Below, in pieces: positions 1-10,404 of a stretch of 64,000 bases of DNA. The stretch comes from Macrostomum lignano (lineage: Eukaryota): the NCBI GenBank assembly GCA_002269645.1, contig NIVC01001167.1:248001-312000 (forward strand), written 5' to 3'. The position numbers and the translations under genes were made by a program. Every line of letters begins with the position of its first letter. The stretch's first letter is position 1. The notes below the pieces were generated by a model, which was not told where the DNA came from, did not search any database, and saw nothing but the letters and a program-made list of their open reading frames with translations.

Positions 1-15
1 TGTGGCGCCCTAACG

Positions 16-468
16 GTGGACCTGGAGGACCTGGTGCGATTGTTCAGCCGGTTCCGCCTGCTGGCTCAGCAAGCGGACTTGGCGCTGCGCAAAGTCCCCA
101 CAGCAGCGCCGGCCGCCACAGGAGCCGCAGCGGCTGGCGGAGCTTCGGGCGTCGGGACTGCGGGATCCCTGTCGACAGCAGGCGGCGGGGATGATAAGGG
201 TGGCGCACCTTCGGCGACTGGCTCGGCTTCCGCTGGAGAAGGCGGCGGCGGCGGTGGCGGCGGAACTTCAAAGAAGCAGAAGCAGAAACCCGCGGTGGAG
301 AAGTCTCGCACGGAGCGACTGGTCGAAGCCCTGGCCAGAGAATGCCTGGACGACCTGCACCGTCTGGTGACGGGCTCGGCACCGGTGCCCAGGTGCTTCG
401 CTGTGCAGGGGCCGCTGCCCAGCCAGGAGGAGGCCGACAAAATGCCTGAGGACGAGCGGCCACTCGAG
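16..468 (+). CDS. Internal exon of an unidentified host gene (Ala/Gly-rich); probably starts before the window
   Basis: Open GC-rich frame ending ...PEDERPLE at a phase-0 donor (GAG|gtatgg, GT at 469), compatible with the exon at 1201. Confidence 0.65.
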
Positions 469-519
469 GTATGGCTATATAAGGAATCTGGAGATTCTGG
501 TGATGACGCTTAGGGATCT

Positions 520-1005
520 TAGTGGAACCGTTAGGATCTTGAGATTTTAGGAATCTGGAAATAAAGGAACCTTGGGATTTTTAGGAACCGTGAATTATAG
601 GGGATCTTGGGATTACTGGGAACCGTGAATGATAGGGGATCTTGGGATTATTGAGAACCGTTAGTGATAGGGGATCTTGGCATTATTGAGAACCATGAAT
701 GATAGGTGATCTTGGGTCTATTGGGAACCGTGAATAATAGGGGATCTTGGGATTATTGGGAACCGTGAATGATAGGGATCTTGGGATTATTGAGAACCGT
801 GAATGATAGGGATCTTGGGATTATTGAGAACCGTGAATGATAGGGATCTTGGGATTATTGAGAACCGTGAATGATAGGGGATCTTGGGATTATTGAGAAC
901 TGCGAATGATTGAAATCTTGGGATTTTTGGGAACTGTGAATGATTGAAATTTTGGGATTATTGAGAACCATGAATGATAGGGATCTTGGGATTATTGGGA
1001 CCTTG
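520..1005. repeat. Intronic minisatellite, ~33-34 bp unit (gggatcttgggattattgagaaccgtgaatgata)
   Basis: Visible tandem copies with small variants. Confidence 0.95.
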
Positions 1006-1200
1006 AGGTTGTAGCTAGGCATTGAATAAAATATTGTTTTTTAGGATTTTTGTATTCTTGGCATCTGAATATTAGGATATCGTTAGACTGAGGAAAGTGT
1101 TCTGTATCTAGTTTAATATCTTTGTTGTATTTCTTCCAGAGTTTCGATTTAATTGATGATAAAATTCAATCCAATCGTTTCCTCAACTAATGACTTTTAG

Positions 1201-1335
1201 GTTCCGTTCGAGATCAGCAGAGACAATTTGCACCTGCTCAAGCAGCTATGGGACCCGGATCTTGGCGGTGGAGTGAAGACTGGCAAACTGCTGAATTTCC
1301 TGCTGTCTGTCAGCCCCGCGTTCCGAGTGGATTAA
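1201..1335 (+). CDS. Terminal exon of the same host gene (VPFEISRDNLHLLKQLWDPDLGGGVKTGKLLNFLLSVSPAFRVD*)
   Basis: Acceptor cttttag|GTT at 1200/1201, phase 0, open to TAA at 1333-1335. Confidence 0.65.
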   Translation, partial: VPFEISRDNLHLLKQLWDPDLGGGVKTGKLLNFLLSVSPAFRVD

Positions 1336-1940
1336 ATATTACTGTTGATTTTAATAAAACATGCTTTGTTTTACTATTTCTACTTATATAAAACTGTGAT
1401 ATACTACTGATTAAAATAGTACCCATATTTCCCTTTCTCTTTGCCGATTATTAATTTTTTTGTTTTAATGTTTTAATTTAAACGCTTTCTTATAAATTGA
1501 AAGCAAAATTGAACCGATCAATGTTCGCGTTTGAAACGGAACTATGCGCAAAATTGATATATTTAAAAAAGAAAATGTGTTGCTTTTTGCGAGAATGCTG
1601 AATTTTTTGCTCGTAAAATATAATCTAAAAGTACTACTGCTAGTAAAAAGTATTTTAAAAATACGCTTTGACATGCAATTTTCTTCATTTCCAACACTTT
1701 AAACACAAGTTTAGTTTATTATCCGCTGGTAAACGGAAACACTGATGGAATTATAAATTTAGATACGATTTTCGTGCCTAGTTAAAGCGTCTGCAGAATA
1801 AATTCTGAATATACATGTTGCCCGTTTATAGCAATGACAAATAATTATAAATATGATTAAGTACGCATGCTCTACATAAATATGAACAATTTGACAAAAA
1901 TAAACTTAATTAGAAATAACTTGACAGAAAAATATGACAG

Positions 1941-2313
1941 TGCTCAGGCCAACAGGAGAGTGCTCAGACTAACAGGAGAGTGCTCAGACTAACAGGAGAG
2001 TGCTCAGACCAATATAAAAGTGTTTAGACTAACAGGAGAGTGCTCAGACCAACAGGAGAGTGCTCAGACTAACAAGAGAGTGCTCAGACCAATATAAAAG
2101 TGTTTAGACTAACAGGAGAGTGCTCAGACCAACAGGAGAGTGCTCAGACCAACAGGAGAGTGCTTAGACCAACAGGAGAGTGCTCAGACCAACAGGAGAG
2201 TGCTCAGACTAACTATAGAGTACTCAGACTAACAAGAGAGTACTCAGACCAACAGGAGAGTACTCAGACTAACAAGAGAGTACTCAGACCAACAGGAGAG
2301 TACTCAGACTAAC
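1941..2313. repeat. Minisatellite, 20-bp unit (gtgctcagaccaacaggaga)
   Basis: Visible tandem copies lying between the two convergent gene ends. Confidence 0.95.
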
Positions 2314-2425
2314 AATATTATTACGCTCGTGATATAACGGCAGTGAATAGTTTATTGAAAAAAATCGAATTTCGCAAACAGTTTTGTGAAACATTCAACA
2401 GTGAATTCGGCTGGGCAGCAGCTGG

Positions 2426-2607
2426 CTACATATAGATCTCGCCTTGATCCTCGTCGCAAGGCTCTGTCGGCGTCAACGGAGGGCCCTCGACATCGTAGTC
2501 GTCCTGGGACAGAGCAAGGCTTTGAATTGCAGCCTCGTATCTGGACTGGTCGGCAGCCGAACTGAATTGTTTGTCTCTGTCAACCTCTTCGGGTAGGATG
2601 TAGCCAA
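2426..2607 (-). CDS. Terminal exon of an unidentified minus-strand host gene (...GYILPEEVDRDKQF...DQGEIYM*)
   Basis: Acceptor cttcag|TTGGC at 2607 (phase 1) matches the phase-1 donor of the 3264-3513 exon, giving ...GTDL-F-GYILP. Confidence 0.65.
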
Positions 2608-2633
2608 CTGAAGTGGTGGTGGGTGACAGGAAG

Positions 2634-3088
2634 TGATGGGGTGATGGGGAGTGAGCGGGTGATGGAGAGTGAGTGGGTGATTGGGAGTGAGTGGGTGATG
2701 GAGAGTGAGTGGGTGATGGGGAGTGAGTGGGTGATGGGGAGTGAGTGGGTGATGGAGAGTGAGTGGGTGACGGGGAGTGAGTGGGTGATGGGGAGTGAGT
2801 CGGTAATGGAGAGTGAGTGGGTGATGGGGAGTGAGTGGGTGATGGGGAGTGAGTGGGTGACGGGGAGTGAGTGGGTGATGGGGAGTGAGTCGGTAATGGA
2901 GAGTGAGTGGGTGATGGGGAGTGAGTGGGTGATGGGGAGTGAGTGGGTGACGGGGAGTGAGTGGGTGATGGGGAGTGAGTCGGTAATGGAGAGTGAGTGG
3001 GTGATGGGGAGTGAGTGGGTGATGGGGAGTGAGTGGGTGATGGGGAGTGAGTCGGTGATGGAGAGTGAGTGGGTGATGGGGAGTGAGT
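2634..3088. repeat. Intronic minisatellite, 18-bp unit (gagtgagtgggtgatggg)
   Basis: Tandem copies; they generate the SPTHSP / MGSEWV repeat ORFs in several frames. Confidence 0.95.
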
Positions 3089-3263
3089 CGAATAGAAAAC
3101 ACAGGATTTCAGGGGGCATTCAATACTAAATCCATAATCCCAACTTAGATGACCCGAGGGCCACCGCAGGTTGCAATACAAATCTGGAACTTATTTCACT
3201 GTTTTAAAATTTGAGCCCAGCAATTCTAGCGGACACCACAGTGCCAGCATTGTAGGAACTCAC

Positions 3264-3513
3264 AGAGGTCAGTGCCGGGCAGCCAGGCCAGCAGTTTCTC
3301 GCAGCGATTATCAGCATTGAAGTACAGCTTCCACACCTCGATCTTCTCCCCAGCGGTGGGGCTGAGCCACACCGAGCGGGATTTGCCTTTGATTTTCATT
3401 TTCCGTTTAGAGGAATCGGAGATCAGGGACTCCTTGGTTTGCTTGAGCTGCTTGGCGGTTGAGGTGCAGTCAGCGGCGAATACCCGCGCAACCAGGTGCG
3501 TGTCCTGCGTGAT
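3264..3513 (-). CDS. Internal exon of the minus-strand host gene (ITQDTHLVARVFAADC...LLAWLPGTDL)
   Basis: Acceptor accag|ATC at 3513, 250-nt open exon, donor T|gtgagt at 3263. Confidence 0.65.
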
Positions 3514-3529
3514 CTGGTGAGTGATGAGG

Positions 3530-3870
3530 ATACGTGAGATTCTGGGATATCATGATAATGATTGATGAGGATTCTGAGAGATTCTGGGATCTCATGATAA
3601 TGATTGATGGGGATTCTGGAATACTCTGGAATCTCATGATAATGATTGATGAGGATTCCGGGAGATTCTGGGATCTCGCGATGATGATTGAAGAGGATTC
3701 TGGGAGATTCTGTTATTTTAATGATAATGATTGATGGAAATTCCGGAATACTCTGGGATCTCGCGATGATGATTGAAGAGGATTCCGGGAGATTCTGTTA
3801 TTTCAATGATAATGGTTGATGAGGATTCCGGGAGATTCTATTATTTCAATGATAATGACTGATGGAGACT
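3530..3870. repeat. Minisatellite, ~42-bp unit (gatgaggattctgggagattctgggatctcatgataatgatt)
   Basis: Visible degenerate tandem copies. Confidence 0.9.
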
Positions 3871-4149
3871 GGAAGATTTTGAGCAGTGAACGCGTTGACA
3901 GAGTAGTCAAATAGTGTGAGCAAAAAAGGCCAACAGACCCCAAAAGTTGGCCTCAAGCTTTCCGGAACGCAGTCTGGGAACAGAACAGCAGCCGGCTCTG
4001 GCTGCTGAGACTGAAGCGTGTTTTTTGAAGCTGACCCGCCATCCTGCCCAGGCCTGTTTCGAATCTTTGAAAACCAATCCCTGCAAATTCGATAGTGTTA
4101 AGCTTTTGTTTCATTCTAATATTTCAATTGAAAGTGGAAAACTCATATT

Positions 4150-4420
4150 TAGATTAAATTGGGCAGATGTGCAACCGACAGCTCAGCCGCAGCTATTGCG
4201 CGGCACATCTGAAGGCTGCGTACAGCTGTTGAGGTCGCCACACACACCCTCAATTATCCCTGCTAATGCTGGCACCCATTTTACAGCTGGGGTGAACTGA
4301 AGCAATGCAGAGTTAAGTGTCTTGCTCATGGACACAGATTGTTGCGAGTGGGTCGAGAATCGAACCTCCAAGCTTCCAGTCGTGAGTCAGACTCTCTAAC
4401 CACTAGTCATGAGTCTAACT
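4150..4420 (-). mobile_element. tRNA-derived CORE-type SINE
   Basis: Minus strand has a Pol III A-box-like TGACTAGTGGTTAG and a B box GGTTCGATTC. These are followed by TGTGTCCATGAGCAAGACACTTAAC...CTGTAAAATGG, which resembles the CORE/MIR domain (GTGACCTTGGGCAAGTCACTTAAC...CTGTAAAATGG). Confidence 0.75.
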
Positions 4421-5070
4421 CCACTGAATGCAATCGTAGTAGGTAAAATCTTAACGTGGTATATTGCAAAGTGGAATATACTCGTACCACTTCAATCTCG
4501 ATTGTCAAAATTGACTTCAAAAATAGAAAACCGATTTACCCTGCCCTCTTATGTTTAGTCTTTGTTTCTTTCGGCTTTGTTGTCTGAGCTTCTCCTGTCT
4601 CGTCACCGGATCGCTGCGGGTGCACGATGTCGCTTTCGATGGTGTTCTCCTGGCTAGATGACGCCGTAGTCTGTCTCGGCTGCCTCTCGGCATCGCTAAA
4701 CGTATCGCGATTGCTGCAGTTTTTTTTATCGATCAATGACTATATCGTTACATTTGAATGCATTTTCAAATAAAGTTACTTGCAGACAAGGACCATACAG
4801 GACATACATTCAGTAGTGAAAATATTTGAATTACCAGGAGTAGGATAAAGTTATCAGCTTCATCTATATTCCATCTATAATCAGTTCCATCTACAACTTT
4901 GCAACGCGCAAAAAATCTGGCCGCTGGGTTTTAGTGCTTATATTCACTGCCATGAGGGCCAAGGTACAGGGAGTGTCCATGCTTAACGATTAGGAAACCA
5001 GAGCCACTGTACATCCAATGCAATCGTAGTAGGTAAAATCTTGGCTTGGTATATTGCTAAGTGCAATATA

Positions 5071-5704
5071 CACTCAGCAACAGTCAAAACCGCTACCCTA
5101 CCGAGAGAGGCGACTTTTCTCTCACCTCAACTGCAAGTGACGTAACTTGCGCCACGGCGTGGCTAAAGCTGGGTGAGAGTGAATTCCAGGGTGAGAGTAC
5201 AAAAGGGACTGGGGTTGGGGTTGGGGTGCAACAGTACACGTGACAATGGTCAGGCATATGACAGACGCTGAACGATGGCGCGCTGTTGGCATGCTAGAAG
5301 CTGGTGCATCCATCAGCGCAGTTGCTCGCCAATTTGGCCGATCAGGTTCAACAATTCGAGCGCTGTTAATGAAGTCCCAAGAGACTGGTAGTGTTCAGCA
5401 CGCAGCCATAGGCAGCCAGCGCCATGATCACCGCGGCTCAACAGCCAGGGCAAATCGACGTCTGCTGCGGATTGTCAGGCGAACTCCGACAGCGCCAGCC
5501 ACCCTGCTCCGTCTGATGTGGGGTGAAAGAAGCAGATGGGGCAACATCTAATCTGCTAAGTAAAGTGCATCCCTGATTGCCCTCTCCTGCATTCACTCTC
5601 ACCCAGCTTTAGCCACGCCGTGGCGCAAGTTACGTCACTTGCAGTTGAGGTGAGAGAGAAGTCGCCTCTTTCGGTAGGGTGGCGGTTTTGACTGTTGCTG
5701 AGTG
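5071..5704 (+). mobile_element. Internally deleted Tc1/mariner element
   Basis: ~130-bp inverted repeats start CACTCAGCAACAG and end CTGTTGCTGAGTG, with TA on both sides. Internal ORF 5240-5551 is a Tc1-like N-terminal HTH (ERWRAVGMLEAGASISAVARQFGRS...ETGSV); no DDE domain. Confidence 0.9.
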
Positions 5705-6730
5705 TACTATTTCAATCTTGACTTTCAAAATTGACTTAAAAAATAGAATTGATTCAGCGTTACGTCAGGTTGATATCGACTCTCAATTATTTTAATGGGT
5801 GTCACCACAGAAACACATATCGACTACTTTATACTCCCCAAAAATTTAACCAACATCTGAAAAGATGCGCTTGCCATAAAACTCATATCAGATCATTCTA
5901 GGTAGGCGATGCAAACACACAGGAGCCTATATAGGAAATATAGTGACATTTTGCCTGCGCAGATGGAAGGTGCGTACAATGGCTGTACGATTAACAAACA
6001 ATAATTCGCTTACCCAGCATCGGCATCTGAGCTGCTATTCTGCGCAGCAGCTGCCCCAGCCGACAGCTGATGGCTATCAGTTGCACATTCCTCAGGCATT
6101 TCTAATGTTGGCGTTGTTGGCTCTGCTGGCTCAAAGAATTCGCTACCAATGGATTGCCGGCTCTTGCCTGGCTTGAATATCCTGTTTGCAGCGCCCAGTA
6201 TGCTGAGTGCGAAGGGCGGGGGGGGGGTTGGTTGCAAGATAATTTCACGTTAGACATAGGCAGCGGCTGATACAGTAGTGTTAAAGTTAGACGCGAATTT
6301 TGTAAACAATCGCTTCCTTTACGCAGGATAGCAAGGCGCAGGCGTGTTTTATAAAGTAGCAAAGCACAATTCAGCAAATTTAGCATGCACTTACTGCAGT
6401 TATTAATCCGAAATAAATTTATTGGAATGCGCGGTACGATGGGAATAATCTATCATGCTGTCATGCGACGTATAACGAATTTAGCATGTCACATACACAG
6501 CCATAAATTGAAAGTTAAACTACTGAATGAAAATGTCCGATACATTATAATTGTTTACAAAGATTAAAGGCCTCTTACGCTCGTTTCTGAAACAAATGAA
6601 TACAAGTTGCATGATTGAATCAAAATTTCAACCACAATTTCAATAAATTTCAATAGTACTCATACACAGGCTGATCTATCAAAAGCTTAATGCATGCATG
6701 TTTCCACATAGTCGTGTTTTAATCTTGCAT

Positions 6731-7249
6731 TTATAAAAAAACCAAACTAGTAAGCACTTTTAATAGAAAAATCACAATACTCTTCGGTAAATTCGCAAAA
6801 CTTACGGAATCCTTAAATGAATTTTTAAGCGATTTAACGTAAGACGTGTCCTCGCTAATTTGCTTTGCTGGAGCTCCCAGTTCCAGTGATACACTGACGT
6901 CCGCCTGTCCAGCCACAGTGGCCACCGAGATATTGGCTCGCGCAATTCTATACACAACTTTGTTAATCTCTATCGTGAAGGACGGTGCTGCCACGCCTAA
7001 TTGGGACAGCTGAGGCGACAGCGGTGGTGGCTGCGACCCAGCAGTGGCCGTTGCAGGGGCCGCAGGTGCCTCGGACGCTAAGCTCGCAGCATCCTCTGTC
7101 GGCTCCGTCCCCGGCTCGTTGAGGTACAGATTTCGGTCGGCCGCATCGGCAGCTGGCGGATTGGCCGGCTCGCGGCTTGGCGGAGTGGGCGGTCGGTCGT
7201 CTTCGACGTGAATTCTGGGTGGCTCGAAGTGCTTTTGCTGCTGTTGCAT
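6731..7249 (-). CDS. Hypothetical ORF/exon, Pro/Ala-rich, unknown function
   Basis: 172-aa ORF in a GC-rich island within AT-rich DNA; no motif recognised. Confidence 0.3.
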   Translation of the reverse strand: MQQQQKHFEPPRIHVEDDRPPTPPSREPANPPAADAADRNLYLNEPGTEPTEDAASLASEAPAAPATATAGSQPPPLSPQLSQLGVAAPSFTIEINKVVYRIARANISVATVAGQADVSVSLELGAPAKQISEDTSYVKSLKNSFKDSVSFANLPKSIVIFLLKVLTSLVFL

Positions 7250-10200
7250 GTCTGAGCGCTGTTAGTTGAGGGTTTCTTTGATATCTAGTTGATAGATTCC
7301 ACGACTGGGTAATGATAGACGCCGGCTTTTATCTGTTTCGTGAAGTTGTTTATTGTACAATCCACTCAAATTTAGCAGAAAATTTAAGTCATGACAGCCA
7401 ATAGAAGTTTGCTTCAACGGATTAGATGCTAGCCATGAAATACTACTTGCTATATGCATGCATAAGTAGCTTACACTCGAATATCATCATCCGAATCCAA
7501 TACAATATTGCGGACCATTTACTCAGCTTTTAGCCTAGACATTAGACACTACTCTTAGTTACGGGGCGGATAGAGACCTGAATTCCAAAGTTCAGCTCGG
7601 CTAATTCGGGACACGCCAAGCCAAGGCTTGCCATACCAGCAACCGCTCTCCTCATGCTAGACTCCTGAAGACGCACCAGAGCCAGTATGGAAGCATATTA
7701 TTCTAGGAAAAATTTTACGTTAAGATGGGGGATTTGTGCTGTTAACATGGCTCAGACAAATGCGAGTTACGTAACAGTACACTTCTGATTTACTATTCCC
7801 AAGTGTTGTGAAGTGAAAGGTGTAGTAGTAAAAGGGCACCCCGTCCTATACTTGTACCAGTAGTAGGGGTTAGTTCAACTCTGACGCACTTGCACTGGAG
7901 AGATAGGCGGCAATGTTAAAGGATAGGCCGCAATGTGGCGCAACACCACAGTAGCCTATAGGTCTAGCTAGGGGAGAGATAAGGGGCGGAGGGGGGTAGG
8001 GGTGCACAGGTACCAAAGCTATAATTGGCTAGCGTGTAAATAAATGGCTAGCCTTTACTGAACACTTAGAAAAAGGAAAGGGGCCTTTGATTATCCAATT
8101 TTGATGCACTTACTTACAGAGAGCGGGGTTTAATAAATAAGGAATTATTCTATTGTATGAGAGCACTTCAATTCGTAAATATGTTTGAATTTGTTTGTAG
8201 TATTGAATCTTGTATATGATTACATACATGTAGCTCTAAGTAATTTGATAAAACTGGCATAAAAAATGCTTTAAATTTGAGTCCCCTTACAATGGAAAAT
8301 TGAATACAGTGTTTATGGGCCTGTGTTTGTGGTTAATTGCGAGCGTAGGTTTAAAACTTGTGTGTGTCTAGACTTGTTTTTGAGGGCAAAACTTTATGGC
8401 GAATGGGGCGGGGAAGCGTTGCTATCTAGTAATTATTACCGGGGGTCCGTTTATGACTCGGGGTTAAAATGGACACCAACGCATGATAATTTAATGAAAA
8501 TAGTGGGTATAGTTATCAGTGTTGTTATAGTATGAGAGAAATGTGCTCTCTTCTCGGAGAAAGGGGCGAAAAAGTCCAAGAGCTCTTTCATCGAGGACAT
8601 CAGCTGCTGCCCGGTACTGAAAAAGCAGCCCGTTCATTTCGGCGGTTTGTTAGGGCCGCGGCAAGCCGACATAAGGCTCAGCTGGATGCTGCTAAGCAAT
8701 TACGCTCCAACTTGCTAAGCCAAGTAATTAATGGCCGGCGTCATTCACCCGGCAAGTGTAGACAGAGGTGGCAGCACAGCATCAACTCAGATGACGACTT
8801 TGAACTAATCCCAGGAGAAGCAATGTACAGCCAGGAGTAAGCGGAAAAAAGCATGAGTTGAAGCCATTGCATTTCCTATCCGTCAGGTGCCGTCGATTGG
8901 AGGGAAGCAAATGCTTCAACCCGACAGCCCTATGATTTTTGAAGAAGAAGGCGACGACATTGAGCCTGATGAAATCGCAGTTTTCTCTGCTGCTGCTGCT
9001 GACGCCCTCGCTGATGGCACCTCTGCTGCTGTTCCAGCTGTTATTGTTCTCAATGGTCAGGATGACATCAACGAGCTACTAGCGTCAGCCGACGAATCTT
9101 ACAGATGCGATTGATTCAAAGGCTACGGGTAATAATAATATTAATAACAATAACAATGCTACTAGCTATCTTACTTTGAATCTGGTGTTAGCGCCTTTGA
9201 GTGGAGCTGGCTATGTCGTGCATGTTGATGGTAATAGAATCACTTTTACTTCAATGTAATTTTCTAGCTTTCTCCTTCTCTATGAGAAAATTCTCTCCTT
9301 CTCTCTGAGCAACACACTCAAATTTACTTTAAATATTTGTAAACGATGTAATTTGTATTGGCTGCGATTATAACACCTTTAATTTCAGTTTCGTTAAATA
9401 TACTTACCTCGCATAATAACATCTCTGTGAAAGAATTGACCTTTGCTAATCCCGCCTGGCTTTTTCATCCGGTGCTCGTCCGGCGTTTATCCGTTTTCGT
9501 CCGGGTTTTAGACTTTTTCCGGATCAAATTAGAAGCTCATCCGTTTATCGTCCGCTTTCAGCTTTCGGACCAACGTCAGGAGTGAATTCCGGGTGAAATC
9601 CGGACGAAAGTCTTTTTTTCGGACTTTTGGTCCGCCTTTTGTCCGGATCTGAATCCGGTTGCTCTGTGCATGAGAAACCGGGCTTAGAACATAACTAAAT
9701 TCCGGATGACTTCTGGATGTCTGCAACTTAGCATTCGGAAATTCATCCGATCCTACGCCCGGTGTCGCAGCCGCCTAGAAGCGGGGTAAACGACGGACAT
9801 GTATTCTGGACGAAAGTATGATATATACAGCATACGAGTGCTTCATACTGATGTCATGCACATACCTGGTAATAATATACTTTTTTATTCTGTTTCCTCA
9901 TTTTTTCTCTAAGGTGTAAACTGTGTTTCGTGTTACAGTAACACATATATCATACCTTTAACAGTGTGCATATTGTTTGTAATGTAAATTAAATATACTT
10001 CGTTATTCCAGCTTACAGTAACTCGTCCTCGACTTTTATTTGAATTTTGATTCAATATATAACCCCTTAATGTTGATGACATAATTACGAGTATTATGAT
10101 AATAAACTAAACCCCCCAAAGCCATATTTCGAAGACGTCTTTCAGCTGTACTATATTTGCCTCTATAAATGGACCCGACCCATATAGACTCGCTAGTGGT

Positions 10201-10404
10201 TGAAAAACATAGTGTAATACCCCATACGTCTAGATTTACCCTTCTAGTAAATGTCGTAGTGGTCGAAACAGTGTTAGCACGTTTATCTCTGGTTAAATAC
10301 CAGTTTGCACATTTTGCACATTTTCACAATACCAGTTTACAGTCATACACAACCTGTATTCGATTTCCAGCAGGCGCAGAGTCACAGTGCATAAATCCTA
10401 ACTA

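Noticed and set aside
2426-3181. Extensin-like SPTHSP repeat protein and overlapping ORFs
   Set aside because: An 18-bp minisatellite open in several frames; phase-matched splice sites place it in an intron.
520-3870. CRISPR-like arrays
   Set aside because: The repeats are contiguous with no unique spacers, the context is eukaryotic, and there are no cas genes.
3947-4090. Further upstream exon of the minus-strand host gene
   Set aside because: An acceptor-like site and an open frame exist, but I could not fix a convincing donor or phase, so it is not listed as a feature.
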